64,000 nt of DNA, from positions 18,554 to 82,553 of the forward strand of contig JAFYKY010000021.1 in NCBI GenBank assembly GCA_017537345.1, in the 5' to 3' direction. This document shows positions 37,796-45,835 of the stretch, piece after piece. The translations under genes were made by a program, and so were the position numbers. Numbering within the stretch: the first letter of the stretch is position 1; every line of letters starts with the position of its first letter. This stretch comes from Clostridia bacterium (GTDB taxonomy: Bacteria > Bacillota > Clostridia > Oscillospirales > CAG-382). The notes beneath the pieces are model-generated. The model saw only the letters and a list, made by a program, of their open reading frames with translations. It had not been told where the DNA came from and did not search any database.

Positions 37796-39061
37796 ATGGA
37801 AAATATTTTCGATTCAAAAATTGCCACCCGCGCCGTGCTGGTGGCGCTCACTCTGGATATGACCGAAGAGCAGGTGTCTGTTTCTTTGGATGAACTTGAA
37901 CGTCTGCTGGATACGGCAGGCGGCGAAGCGGTTGCCCGCGTGGTGCAGTCCCGCGTTAACCCCGACCCCCGCACATATATCGGTTCGGGTAAGGCAGAGG
38001 AGATCGCGGAGTTTATCCGTACTCAGGAAAAGGATGTAAATCTCGTTGTGTTCGATAACGAGCTGTCCCCCTCCCAGATCGCCTCTCTTGAGGATATTTT
38101 AGGTGTACGGGTAATAGACCGTACAATGCTTATTCTGGATATTTTCGCCCTTCACGCCGTTACGGGTGAGGGGAAACTGCAGGTAGAGATCGCCTGCCTC
38201 CGCTATACGGCGCCCCGTCTTGTGGGCAAGGGAAAACAGCTTTCCCGTTTGGGCGGCGGTATCGGTACGAGAGGTCCCGGTGAATCCAAGCTGGAAACAG
38301 ACCGACGTCATCTTAAAAGACGTATAGCCGCTTTGCAGGAGGAGATCGACGCCGTGGAAAAGGTGCGCGCCACCAAACGCGCCTCCCGTGAAAGATCGGG
38401 AATTCCCACCGCGGCAATAGTCGGATATACCAACGCAGGCAAATCCACCCTTTTAAACCGCCTTACAGACGCGGGCATTCTGGCAGAGGACAAGCTTTTT
38501 GCAACACTTGACCCTACCACCCGCCGTCTTACTTTGCCCGATGGCAACGAGGTTTTGTTAACAGATACGGTTGGATTTATCGACCGTCTGCCCACCCATC
38601 TTGTTAAAGCATTCCGCTCCACCTTGGAGGAATTGGGGTATGCGGATATTATTATCGTTCTTACGGACTGTTCCGAATGTGATGAGGAGCGCCGCCGCAA
38701 AAACGAGGTTACCTTTAAGCTTATAGACGATCTGGGCGCAAAGGGAAAGCCTATTTTGCAGGTGTACAACAAGTGCGATATGGCTGTGGATACAGAATTT
38801 ATCCCCAGAGATGCGGTGTGCATCTCCGCTGCCACGGGAGAAGGTATAGACGCTTTGCTTGAAAAGGTAAGCGAGCTTGTACGTGAGGGTAAACGAATTT
38901 TGCGTATGCTGTTCCCTTACGATAAACAATCGGAGGCATCCTCCGTGCATCGCTTTGCCCGTGTTATAACCACGGAATATCTGGATAACGGCGTGCTCGT
39001 TACCGCGGAATGCGATGCGAAAGCGGCAGGAAAATTTGCAGAATTCATACAAAACGATTAA
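37796..39061 (+). CDS. hflX: Ribosome-splitting GTPase HflX
   Basis: GIGTRGPGE, GYTNAGKST, LFATLDPT, DTVGF and NKCD motifs. Confidence 0.96.
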   Translation: MENIFDSKIATRAVLVALTLDMTEEQVSVSLDELERLLDTAGGEAVARVVQSRVNPDPRTYIGSGKAEEIAEFIRTQEKDVNLVVFDNELSPSQIASLEDILGVRVIDRTMLILDIFALHAVTGEGKLQVEIACLRYTAPRLVGKGKQLSRLGGGIGTRGPGESKLETDRRHLKRRIAALQEEIDAVEKVRATKRASRERSGIPTAAIVGYTNAGKSTLLNRLTDAGILAEDKLFATLDPTTRRLTLPDGNEVLLTDTVGFIDRLPTHLVKAFRSTLEELGYADIIIVLTDCSECDEERRRKNEVTFKLIDDLGAKGKPILQVYNKCDMAVDTEFIPRDAVCISAATGEGIDALLEKVSELVREGKRILRMLFPYDKQSEASSVHRFARVITTEYLDNGVLVTAECDAKAAGKFAEFIQND

Positions 39062-39074
39062 AGGAGAACGGGTT

Positions 39075-40352
39075 TTGGAAAAATATTCAGAGCAGTACCG
39101 TAAATATCTTGATATATTAAAAGAGGAATTGCGTCCTGCCATGGGTTGCACAGAACCCGTGTCTCTGGCGTATGCCGCCGCTCTTGCAAGAGATGCTTTG
39201 GGAATGATTCCCGAAAAAGTCGTTTTGAAGGTAAGCGGTAATATTATAAAAAACGTAAAAAGCGTGGTTATTCCCAATACCGACGGGCTTCACGGTATTC
39301 CCGCCGCCGTTGCCGCAGGAATTATTGCAGGCAGAGCGGAAAAGTGTCTTGAAACGCTGGGCTCTGTTACGGACAAGCAAAAAGCGCAAATCCGTGCCTT
39401 TTTGGAAACAGCGGAAATAAGCCTCACTCCCGCAACGGAGGGGCTGGATTTTGATATCGACATAACCGTATTTGAGGGAGATAACAGCGCCCGTGTGCGC
39501 ATTGTAAATAACCATACCAATGTAGTGCACAGATCAAAAAACGGCGTTATAGAGGCGGATATGCCCTTTACCGACCATCCCGAGGACGGACTTACAGATA
39601 AAACCTGCCTGAATATTGATGATATCGTCGCTTTTGCGGATATCGTGGATATAGCGGAGCTTAAAGAAACTGTCGGAAAGCAGATAGAATATAATATGGC
39701 TATTGCCGAAGAGGGCATACGCAACGATTGGGGCGCAAATATCGGCAAGGTTATTTTGCGCAGACAGGGCACCGGTGTGGAAAAACGCGCTTGTGCTTAT
39801 GCCGCCGCAGGAAGCGATGCCCGTATGAGCGGCTGCGAAAAACCGGTGTATATTATTTCAGGAAGCGGAAACCAAGGTATAACCGCCTCCGTTCCCGTTG
39901 CGGTATATGCAAAAGAGATCGGCGCAGACGAGGAGACGTTGCTCCGCGCGGTTGCGCTTTCGGATCTCGTTACGATACATCAGAAAGCCGGTATCGGCAG
40001 ACTTTCCGCTTTTTGCGGCGCTATAAGCGCAGGCTGCGGTGCAGGCGCGGGCGTTGCGTACCTTTGCGGAGGCAAGACCCACGCGGTTGCACATACGGTA
40101 GTAAATGCTATTGCCATTCTTTCCGGTACCATTTGCGATGGTGCCAAGCCCTCCTGCGCGGCAAAGATCGCCTCTGCCGTGGATGCGGGACTTTTAGGGT
40201 ACGATATGTATATGGAGCATCAGCAGTTTTACGGAGGTGACGGTATCGTCACCAAAGGGGCGGATAAAACCGTTATAAACGTGGGACGTCTTGCCCGCGA
40301 GGGTATGAAGGAAACCGATAACACCATACTTAAAATAATGTTGGGCGAGTAG
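39075..40352 (+). CDS. CyuA/YhaM (UPF0597) family protein, putative L-cysteine desulfidase
   Basis: PAMGCTEP, SDARMSG, SGSGNQG, LSAFCG and CDGAKPSCA motifs. TTG 39075 follows AAGGAG. Confidence 0.85.
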   Translation: MEKYSEQYRKYLDILKEELRPAMGCTEPVSLAYAAALARDALGMIPEKVVLKVSGNIIKNVKSVVIPNTDGLHGIPAAVAAGIIAGRAEKCLETLGSVTDKQKAQIRAFLETAEISLTPATEGLDFDIDITVFEGDNSARVRIVNNHTNVVHRSKNGVIEADMPFTDHPEDGLTDKTCLNIDDIVAFADIVDIAELKETVGKQIEYNMAIAEEGIRNDWGANIGKVILRRQGTGVEKRACAYAAAGSDARMSGCEKPVYIISGSGNQGITASVPVAVYAKEIGADEETLLRAVALSDLVTIHQKAGIGRLSAFCGAISAGCGAGAGVAYLCGGKTHAVAHTVVNAIAILSGTICDGAKPSCAAKIASAVDAGLLGYDMYMEHQQFYGGDGIVTKGADKTVINVGRLAREGMKETDNTILKIMLGE

Positions 40353-40366
40353 TAAAAGCGAATTTC

Positions 40367-40395
40367 TTGACATACCGCCAAAAAGGTGATATAAT
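40367..40395 (+). promoter_or_regulatory. Consensus sigma-A promoter of asnA
   Basis: TTGACA-17-TATAAT with an extended -10 (TG). Confidence 0.85.
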
Positions 40396-40428
40396 CGCTG
40401 TAATGTTTGATTAAAAGAGGCGTTTTTT

Positions 40429-41436
40429 ATGAACAAGGTATATATCCCCGAAGGGTACTCTCCTGCTTTGGGCAGTTACGATACCCAGCGGGCAATAGAA
40501 TTTATAAAAGATAATTTTCAAAAATCTCTTTCGGAAAATCTTTCCTTAAAGCGTGTTTCCGCACCGCTTTTTGTTACGGCACAGTCCGGTCTTAACGATA
40601 ACCTTTCCGGCAAAGAGCGCCCCGTTTCTTTTGATATCCCCGCAGTTGAAGGGGAGGGACAGGTGGTTCATTCCCTTGCAAAATGGAAGCGTCTTGCGTT
40701 AAAGAGATACGGCTTTGTTATGCACAGAGGTCTGTTTACGGATATGAACGCTATCCGCCGTGATGAGGAACTGGATAACCTCCATTCCATTTACGTTGAC
40801 CAGTGGGACTGGGAAAAGATTATTTCCGCCGAAGACCGCACCACAGAATACCTTTACGCTACAGTAGAGAGCATTGTTTCCGCTATATGCGATACCTGCG
40901 AAAAGCTGAAGGAAAAATATCCTGTTTTAAAAACCGCTCTTTCCCGCGAGGTCGCCTTTATCACCTCCGAGGAATTAGAAGAAATGTACCCCGACCTTAC
41001 TCCCGACCAGCGCGAACATGAATATACCCGCATACACCGCACGGTGTTTGTTTCCCGTATCGGCGCGCCTCTCAAAAACGGCAAGCCCCACGGTATGCGT
41101 GCGCCTGACTATGACGATTGGTCATTGAACGGCGATATCCTTTTCTGGCACGATGCATTGGATACTCATATAGAGATTTCTTCTATGGGCATCCGAGTTG
41201 ACCCCGATTCTCTGGATAAACAGCTTTCTTTTTCCGGCTGTGATGACAGACGTGCACTTCCTTTCCACAGCATGCTCCTTAACGGGGAATTACCCCTTAC
41301 TATCGGCGGTGGTATCGGTCAGTCCCGTCTGTGCCTGCTTATGCTTGGCAACGTGCATATAGGTGAAGTTCAGTCTTCCGTGTGGGACAGCGAAACCATC
41401 CGCGTCTGCGCCGAAAAAGGCGTTCCTCTGCTTTAA
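40429..41436 (+). CDS. asnA: Aspartate--ammonia ligase
   Basis: VHSLAKWKR, HSIYVDQWDWE, RAPDYDDW and TIGGGIGQSR motifs. Confidence 0.97.
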   Translation: MNKVYIPEGYSPALGSYDTQRAIEFIKDNFQKSLSENLSLKRVSAPLFVTAQSGLNDNLSGKERPVSFDIPAVEGEGQVVHSLAKWKRLALKRYGFVMHRGLFTDMNAIRRDEELDNLHSIYVDQWDWEKIISAEDRTTEYLYATVESIVSAICDTCEKLKEKYPVLKTALSREVAFITSEELEEMYPDLTPDQREHEYTRIHRTVFVSRIGAPLKNGKPHGMRAPDYDDWSLNGDILFWHDALDTHIEISSMGIRVDPDSLDKQLSFSGCDDRRALPFHSMLLNGELPLTIGGGIGQSRLCLLMLGNVHIGEVQSSVWDSETIRVCAEKGVPLL

Positions 41437-41456
41437 AAAACAAATATGTTAAAAAC

Positions 41457-41489
41457 GGGATATTTGAAATAATATCCCTTAAATTTTTT
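41457..41489 (+). terminator. Hairpin after asnA (weak terminator or attenuator)
   Basis: GGGATATT-TGAAAT-AATATCCC followed by TTAAATTTTTT. Confidence 0.55.
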
Positions 41490-41516
41490 CTGGTGAATTA
41501 AAAGGAGTTGATCATT

Positions 41517-41621
41517 ATGTCTGCAATTTGTATCTTTAAAAACCACAATATAATATTTAACAGGAGAAATAATGATACAACAAAAAGGCAAAAGAAATTC
41601 CGCTTTGATTTTTGCGGATAA
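41517..41621 (+). CDS. Putative 34-aa leader peptide overlapping the rtcB start
   Basis: AAAGGAG RBS 9 nt before ATG 41517; translates as MSAICIFKNHNIIFNRRNNDTTKRQKKFRFDFCG*. Confidence 0.45.
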   Translation: MSAICIFKNHNIIFNRRNNDTTKRQKKFRFDFCG

Positions 41622-42747
41622 AATTGATAAGCAAACAAAAACACAACTTTCGGATATATTGCGTAACGAAGCTTATTCGGACAGCAGGATACGCATTATG
41701 CCGGATACCCATTCGGGAAAACACGTTCCCGTGGGCACTACTATGACGATTTCAAACCGTGTTTCACCTTCTTTGGTGGGGTCGGATATCGGCTGCGGAA
41801 TGGAAGTAGTGTATATAAACAAAACTCAAGTTGATTTTGCAAAGCTGGATAAGGTTATACGCGCTTTCGTCCCAAGCGGTTCAAGGGTTCATTCAAAGCC
41901 GAATACTGATTTTGATTTTTCGGCACTTCGGTGCGGCGGTAATATAGACCTGCACCGCGCCGCCTGCAGTATGGGAACTCTTGGCGGCGGAAACCATTTT
42001 ATCGAGCTTGATATTACCGAAGACGGAAATCCGGTTCTGGTAATACACTCCGGCTCAAGACAGCTCGGAAACGACGTGTCTGCGTATTATCAGGACAAAG
42101 CCTACCGTATTCAATGCGGGTTGGCGCGCAGAAACGCAAAACGGTATTACGAAAAGGGCGACGAAGATTTTTACGGTGTAAAAAAGTTTAAAAGCAAGGA
42201 TATCCCAAAAGTGAGCTTTCAGGAAGCTGTTCTTGAAGGAAAGGATTTTGAAGATTATCTGTGGGATATCCGGTTAGTTACCGATTTCGCAGATAAAAAC
42301 CGCAAAACCATGGCGGATATTATTTGCGACGAAATGGGTTTTTCTGTAACCGACCGTTTTTCCTGTATTCATAATTATATAGATACGTCCCGTATGATAT
42401 TGCGCAAGGGCGCGGTTTCCGCAGGGGCGGGTGAACGGGTCATCATCCCGTTGAATATGCGGGACGGTGCGCTTATCTGCAAAGGACTGGGAAATCCGGA
42501 TTGGAATTTTTCCGCACCCCACGGCGCGGGCAGAGCCTGCAGCCGCTCCGACGCGAAATACGCCTATACGGTAGAGCAATTTGCGGCGGAGATGGAGGGT
42601 ATATATTCCACCACCGTTTGCAAAGAAACCGTGGACGAATGCCCGATGGCGTATAAATCTGCGGACAGAATTCTGGGCTTTATCAGTGACACCGTGGAGA
42701 TAGAGCAGATAATCAAACCCATATACAATTTCAAAGGCGTAAAATAA
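41572..42747 (+). CDS. rtcB: RtcB family RNA 3'-phosphate/5'-OH ligase
   Basis: MPD.H.G, DIGCG, GGGNHF, HSGSR, HNY, SAPHGAGR and E.P.AYK motifs are all intact. Confidence 0.93.
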   Translation: MIQQKGKRNSALIFADKIDKQTKTQLSDILRNEAYSDSRIRIMPDTHSGKHVPVGTTMTISNRVSPSLVGSDIGCGMEVVYINKTQVDFAKLDKVIRAFVPSGSRVHSKPNTDFDFSALRCGGNIDLHRAACSMGTLGGGNHFIELDITEDGNPVLVIHSGSRQLGNDVSAYYQDKAYRIQCGLARRNAKRYYEKGDEDFYGVKKFKSKDIPKVSFQEAVLEGKDFEDYLWDIRLVTDFADKNRKTMADIICDEMGFSVTDRFSCIHNYIDTSRMILRKGAVSAGAGERVIIPLNMRDGALICKGLGNPDWNFSAPHGAGRACSRSDAKYAYTVEQFAAEMEGIYSTTVCKETVDECPMAYKSADRILGFISDTVEIEQIIKPIYNFKGVK

Positions 42748-42751
42748 CAAC

Positions 42752-42787
42752 AAAAAGCACCGAATTTGTTTTTTTCGGTGTTTTTTT
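42752..42787 (+). terminator. Intrinsic terminator after rtcB
   Basis: AAAAAGCACCGAA...TTCGGTGTTTTTTT. Confidence 0.8.
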
Positions 42788-42796
42788 GAATTTCTC

Positions 42797-42827
42797 TTGA
42801 CATTGACGCTACGTCAAGTGTTATAAT
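42797..42827 (+). promoter_or_regulatory. MerR-type promoter/operator
   Basis: TTGACA-19-TATAAT with dyad TTGACG-CTA-CGTCAA (42803-42817) in the spacer, directly upstream of a MerR gene. Confidence 0.88.
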
Positions 42828-42850
42828 ATAAGCAGAAGGGGCGGTTGAAT

Positions 42851-43537
42851 ATGGACTCTAATTTGCTTGATATAAATGAAGTTTGCAATATGCTCGGTGT
42901 TACTTCAAGAACCTTGCGTTATTACGAGGAAAAGGGAATTATACAAAGTACCGTTAATCAATTTGAAACGAGAAGAAAATACAGCCCTGATCAAGTAGAG
43001 CATATAAAACACGTGCTTGTTCTTCGCGCACTCGGGTTGTCAATATCTAAAATACAGCAATTACATCAGGGGAATATCGATTTATCGTTGGCAATATCTC
43101 AACATAAAGCGGAATTAATCGCAACAATTAGTTCAAAGGCGAAAGAACTTACCCTCCTTGACGAGGCGCTATTAACTGTAGATAGTGGTGGCAATATTTT
43201 TGAAGAAAAAGAAAACAACACGGAGAAAAGGAAAAATGAATGGGAAGAAACTGCGAATGCTTTTATAGATGCTTTCTTAATGGGAGATTGTGAAATATGC
43301 TTTGACTATTTTTCTGATACGCTTAAAGAATATTTACCGCTTTCTGCGTTTGAATGCGTGGTTAAAGATACATTAAAGCCCCTCGGTAACTTCGTAAAAA
43401 AAGGAAATTTTGAATGCAACAATAGTATTCGCAATGCCATATATTGCGATTTGCGATACGAAAATCTGGGGCTTTATATAATACTGGTTTTTCACAAAGA
43501 AAAGGTACACGGAATTTGGTTTAATTACCATAAATAG
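42851..43537 (+). CDS. MerR family transcriptional regulator with a DUF3887/NTF2-like C-terminal domain
   Basis: INEVCNMLGVTSRTLRYYEEKGII...RKYS...LRALGLSI motif. The C-terminal domain call is tentative. Confidence 0.85.
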   Translation: MDSNLLDINEVCNMLGVTSRTLRYYEEKGIIQSTVNQFETRRKYSPDQVEHIKHVLVLRALGLSISKIQQLHQGNIDLSLAISQHKAELIATISSKAKELTLLDEALLTVDSGGNIFEEKENNTEKRKNEWEETANAFIDAFLMGDCEICFDYFSDTLKEYLPLSAFECVVKDTLKPLGNFVKKGNFECNNSIRNAIYCDLRYENLGLYIILVFHKEKVHGIWFNYHK

Positions 43538-43555
43538 AGGAAAGGAAGAGTAAAT

Positions 43556-44008
43556 ATGTTTTTGGCTATTTATATTTTCGTAACATTATTTTTAAACGTG
43601 TTGTCTGCTTTTGTTTTTTATAAGCATTTGCATATTTCCGTTTTGTCTTTATTGCCGCTTTCCCTAATGGCGGTTATGCTGTTTCAAGTTCTGTACTACA
43701 GAAAGGGTAAAACGGAAGACGAGTATTCGACGGCGTACGGTTCAGATTTTAACAGTAAAGAACAATCCGCACTTTTGCAGTATGCCTCAAAATCCTTGAC
43801 CGTTGGAATCACGCTGCTTATTCCTTTTATACTCTTCTTTACGGATATTGTAAAAACACTATCTGTGCCGATTTATATATTAAGCTTTGCTGCCGGAATT
43901 ATATATTATCGTATTAATCATAAAGATGAACTCCAAAATCGTATTCAAGAAGAAAAAAGGCAGTTGGAAGAACAAATGAAAAAAGAAAACCAAGGAAAGT
44001 GGAAATAG
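43556..44008 (+). CDS. Hypothetical 4-TM membrane protein
   Basis: Four hydrophobic segments, a charged coiled C-terminus and an AAAGGA RBS. Confidence 0.7.
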   Translation: MFLAIYIFVTLFLNVLSAFVFYKHLHISVLSLLPLSLMAVMLFQVLYYRKGKTEDEYSTAYGSDFNSKEQSALLQYASKSLTVGITLLIPFILFFTDIVKTLSVPIYILSFAAGIIYYRINHKDELQNRIQEEKRQLEEQMKKENQGKWK

Positions 44009-44032
44009 TAGGGAAGGGGCTTGCCCCTTCCG
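44008..44032 (+). repeat. GTAG-type REP-like palindrome (single copy in this window)
   Basis: GTAG-GGAAGGGGC-TT-GCCCCTTCC-G. Confidence 0.55.
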
Positions 44033-44040
44033 TTCATAAG

Positions 44041-44070
44041 AAAAAAGCACCGATCACTCGGTGCTTTTTT
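44041..44070. terminator. Bidirectional terminator at the end of the hydrogenase operon
   Basis: AAAAAAGCACCGA-TCAC-TCGGTGCTTTTTT. Confidence 0.85.
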
Positions 44071-44080
44071 ATGTTTATTT

Positions 44081-45823
44081 TTAGTTATACTTCTTGCGTG
44101 CGGTGTAGTGGGTGTGGAGAAGCTCGTGAGCCTTATGTCCGCCGATCTCGCCCAGGTATTCTGCGTAAAGCTTCTTAACCTCTTCGTTTTCGTGGGACTT
44201 TCTCTTTGCCTTGCCTGCATCCTCGTTGTACAGAGCCTTTGCGCGGGTTGCTCTTACGTCAACGTAGCTGCGCTCGGTAGCAGAAACGATAGGAGTACCG
44301 CCGCCGTGGATACAGCCGCCGGGACAAGCCATAATTTCGATAAAATCATACTGCTTTTCGCCGCGCTTGATGGATTCAAGAAGCGCCTTTGCGTTTGCGG
44401 TGCCGTGAGCAACTGCAACGCGTACTACCTTGCCGTCCAGATCAACCTCTGCTTCCTTGATTCCCTCAAGTCCGCGTACTGCGGTGAGGTTAACGTCGGT
44501 AAGCTCTTTGCCGGTAACAACTTCGTATACGGTACGGAGAGCAGCCTCCATAACGCCGCCGGTGGTACCGAATATTACGGATGCGCCGGTGGATTCGCCC
44601 ATTACGCTGTCAAAATCGCTATCGGGCAGACGAACGAAATCGATACTTGCGGTCTTGATCATTCTTGCAAGCTCTCTTACTGTGATAACCGCGTCAACAT
44701 CCTTCATACCGTCTCTGGAAAGCTCGGGACGTGCAGCCTCGTACTTTTTGGAGGTACAGGGCATTACGGATACAACGTAAATGTTCTTGGGGTCAATGCC
44801 TTCTTTTTCTGCGAAGTAGCTCTTAATAAGAGCGCCTTCCATCTCGTGAGGAGATTTGCAGGAAGAAAGGTTGGGAATGAATTCGGGGAAGAAGGTTTCG
44901 CAGTACTTGATCCAACCGGGAGAGCAGGAGGTGATCATAGGAAGTGTTCCGCCGTTCTGCATACGCTGAAGCAGCTCGGTACCCTCTTCCATAATAGTAA
45001 GGTCTGCGCCGAAATCGGTATCGAATACCTTATCAAAGCCAAGTCTGCGGAGTGCGGTAGCCAGCTTTCCGGTTACGGAAGTGCCCATAGGCATACCGAA
45101 TTCTTCGCCCAGAGTTGCTCTTACTGCGGGAGCAGGCTGAACAACAACGTATTTTTCGGGGTCGTTAAGAGCTTCCCAAACGTCTGCGGTGTTGTCTTTT
45201 TCCTTAAGCGCACCAACGGGGCAGGCAAGGATACACTGACCGCAGTATACGCAGGGTGCATCTACGATAGAACGCTCGAAAGCGCTTCCTACAACAGTCT
45301 TTATACCGCGCTGGGAAAGACCGATAGCGCCGATCTTCTGTACGTCGTTACAAGCGGCGATACAGCGGCGGCAGGAGATACATTTGCTGTTGTCACGTAC
45401 GAGAGAGGGAGAAAGGTCGTCCACTTCGTATTGAGCCTTTTCGCCGTCATAGGGATAATCATTTACTCCGTATTCCTTACAGAGCGCGGCAAGTTCGCAG
45501 TTACCGCTGCGTACGCAGGAGGTACATTCTCTGTTATGAGTGGAAAGGAGCAGCTCGAGGTTTATTTTTCTTACTCTGCGGAGCTTTTCGGTGTTGGTGT
45601 AGATCTCCATTCCGTCGGAAATGGGAGCAACACAAGCTGCCTGATAAGCTCTTGCGCCCTTGATCTCTACCAGACACAGACGGCAAGCGCCGATCTGCTG
45701 TACGTCTTTAAGATAGCAGAGGGTGGGGATGTTTATTTGTGCTTCTCTGGCGGCTTCAAGCACAGTATAATTTGCGGGTACCGTTACCTTGATGCCGTCT
45801 ATGGTAATTGTTACGTTGTTCAT
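44081..45823 (-). CDS. hydA: [FeFe]-hydrogenase catalytic subunit (group A3, HydA/HndD-like)
   Basis: N-terminal 2Fe-2S, His-ligated and 2x4Fe-4S motifs. H-cluster motifs TSCSPGW, MPCTSKKYE and EIMACPGGCIHGGG; C-terminal LLHTHY. Confidence 0.95.
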   Translation of the reverse strand: MNNVTITIDGIKVTVPANYTVLEAAREAQINIPTLCYLKDVQQIGACRLCLVEIKGARAYQAACVAPISDGMEIYTNTEKLRRVRKINLELLLSTHNRECTSCVRSGNCELAALCKEYGVNDYPYDGEKAQYEVDDLSPSLVRDNSKCISCRRCIAACNDVQKIGAIGLSQRGIKTVVGSAFERSIVDAPCVYCGQCILACPVGALKEKDNTADVWEALNDPEKYVVVQPAPAVRATLGEEFGMPMGTSVTGKLATALRRLGFDKVFDTDFGADLTIMEEGTELLQRMQNGGTLPMITSCSPGWIKYCETFFPEFIPNLSSCKSPHEMEGALIKSYFAEKEGIDPKNIYVVSVMPCTSKKYEAARPELSRDGMKDVDAVITVRELARMIKTASIDFVRLPDSDFDSVMGESTGASVIFGTTGGVMEAALRTVYEVVTGKELTDVNLTAVRGLEGIKEAEVDLDGKVVRVAVAHGTANAKALLESIKRGEKQYDFIEIMACPGGCIHGGGTPIVSATERSYVDVRATRAKALYNEDAGKAKRKSHENEEVKKLYAEYLGEIGGHKAHELLHTHYTARKKYN

Positions 45824-45835
45824 TTCGTTTCCCCC

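Noticed and set aside
44041-44070. Resemblance to the 3' hairpin of the SpCas9 tracrRNA (GCACCGA...TCGGTGCTTTTT)
   Set aside because: There is no anti-repeat, cas gene or array nearby. It is explained as a bidirectional terminator.
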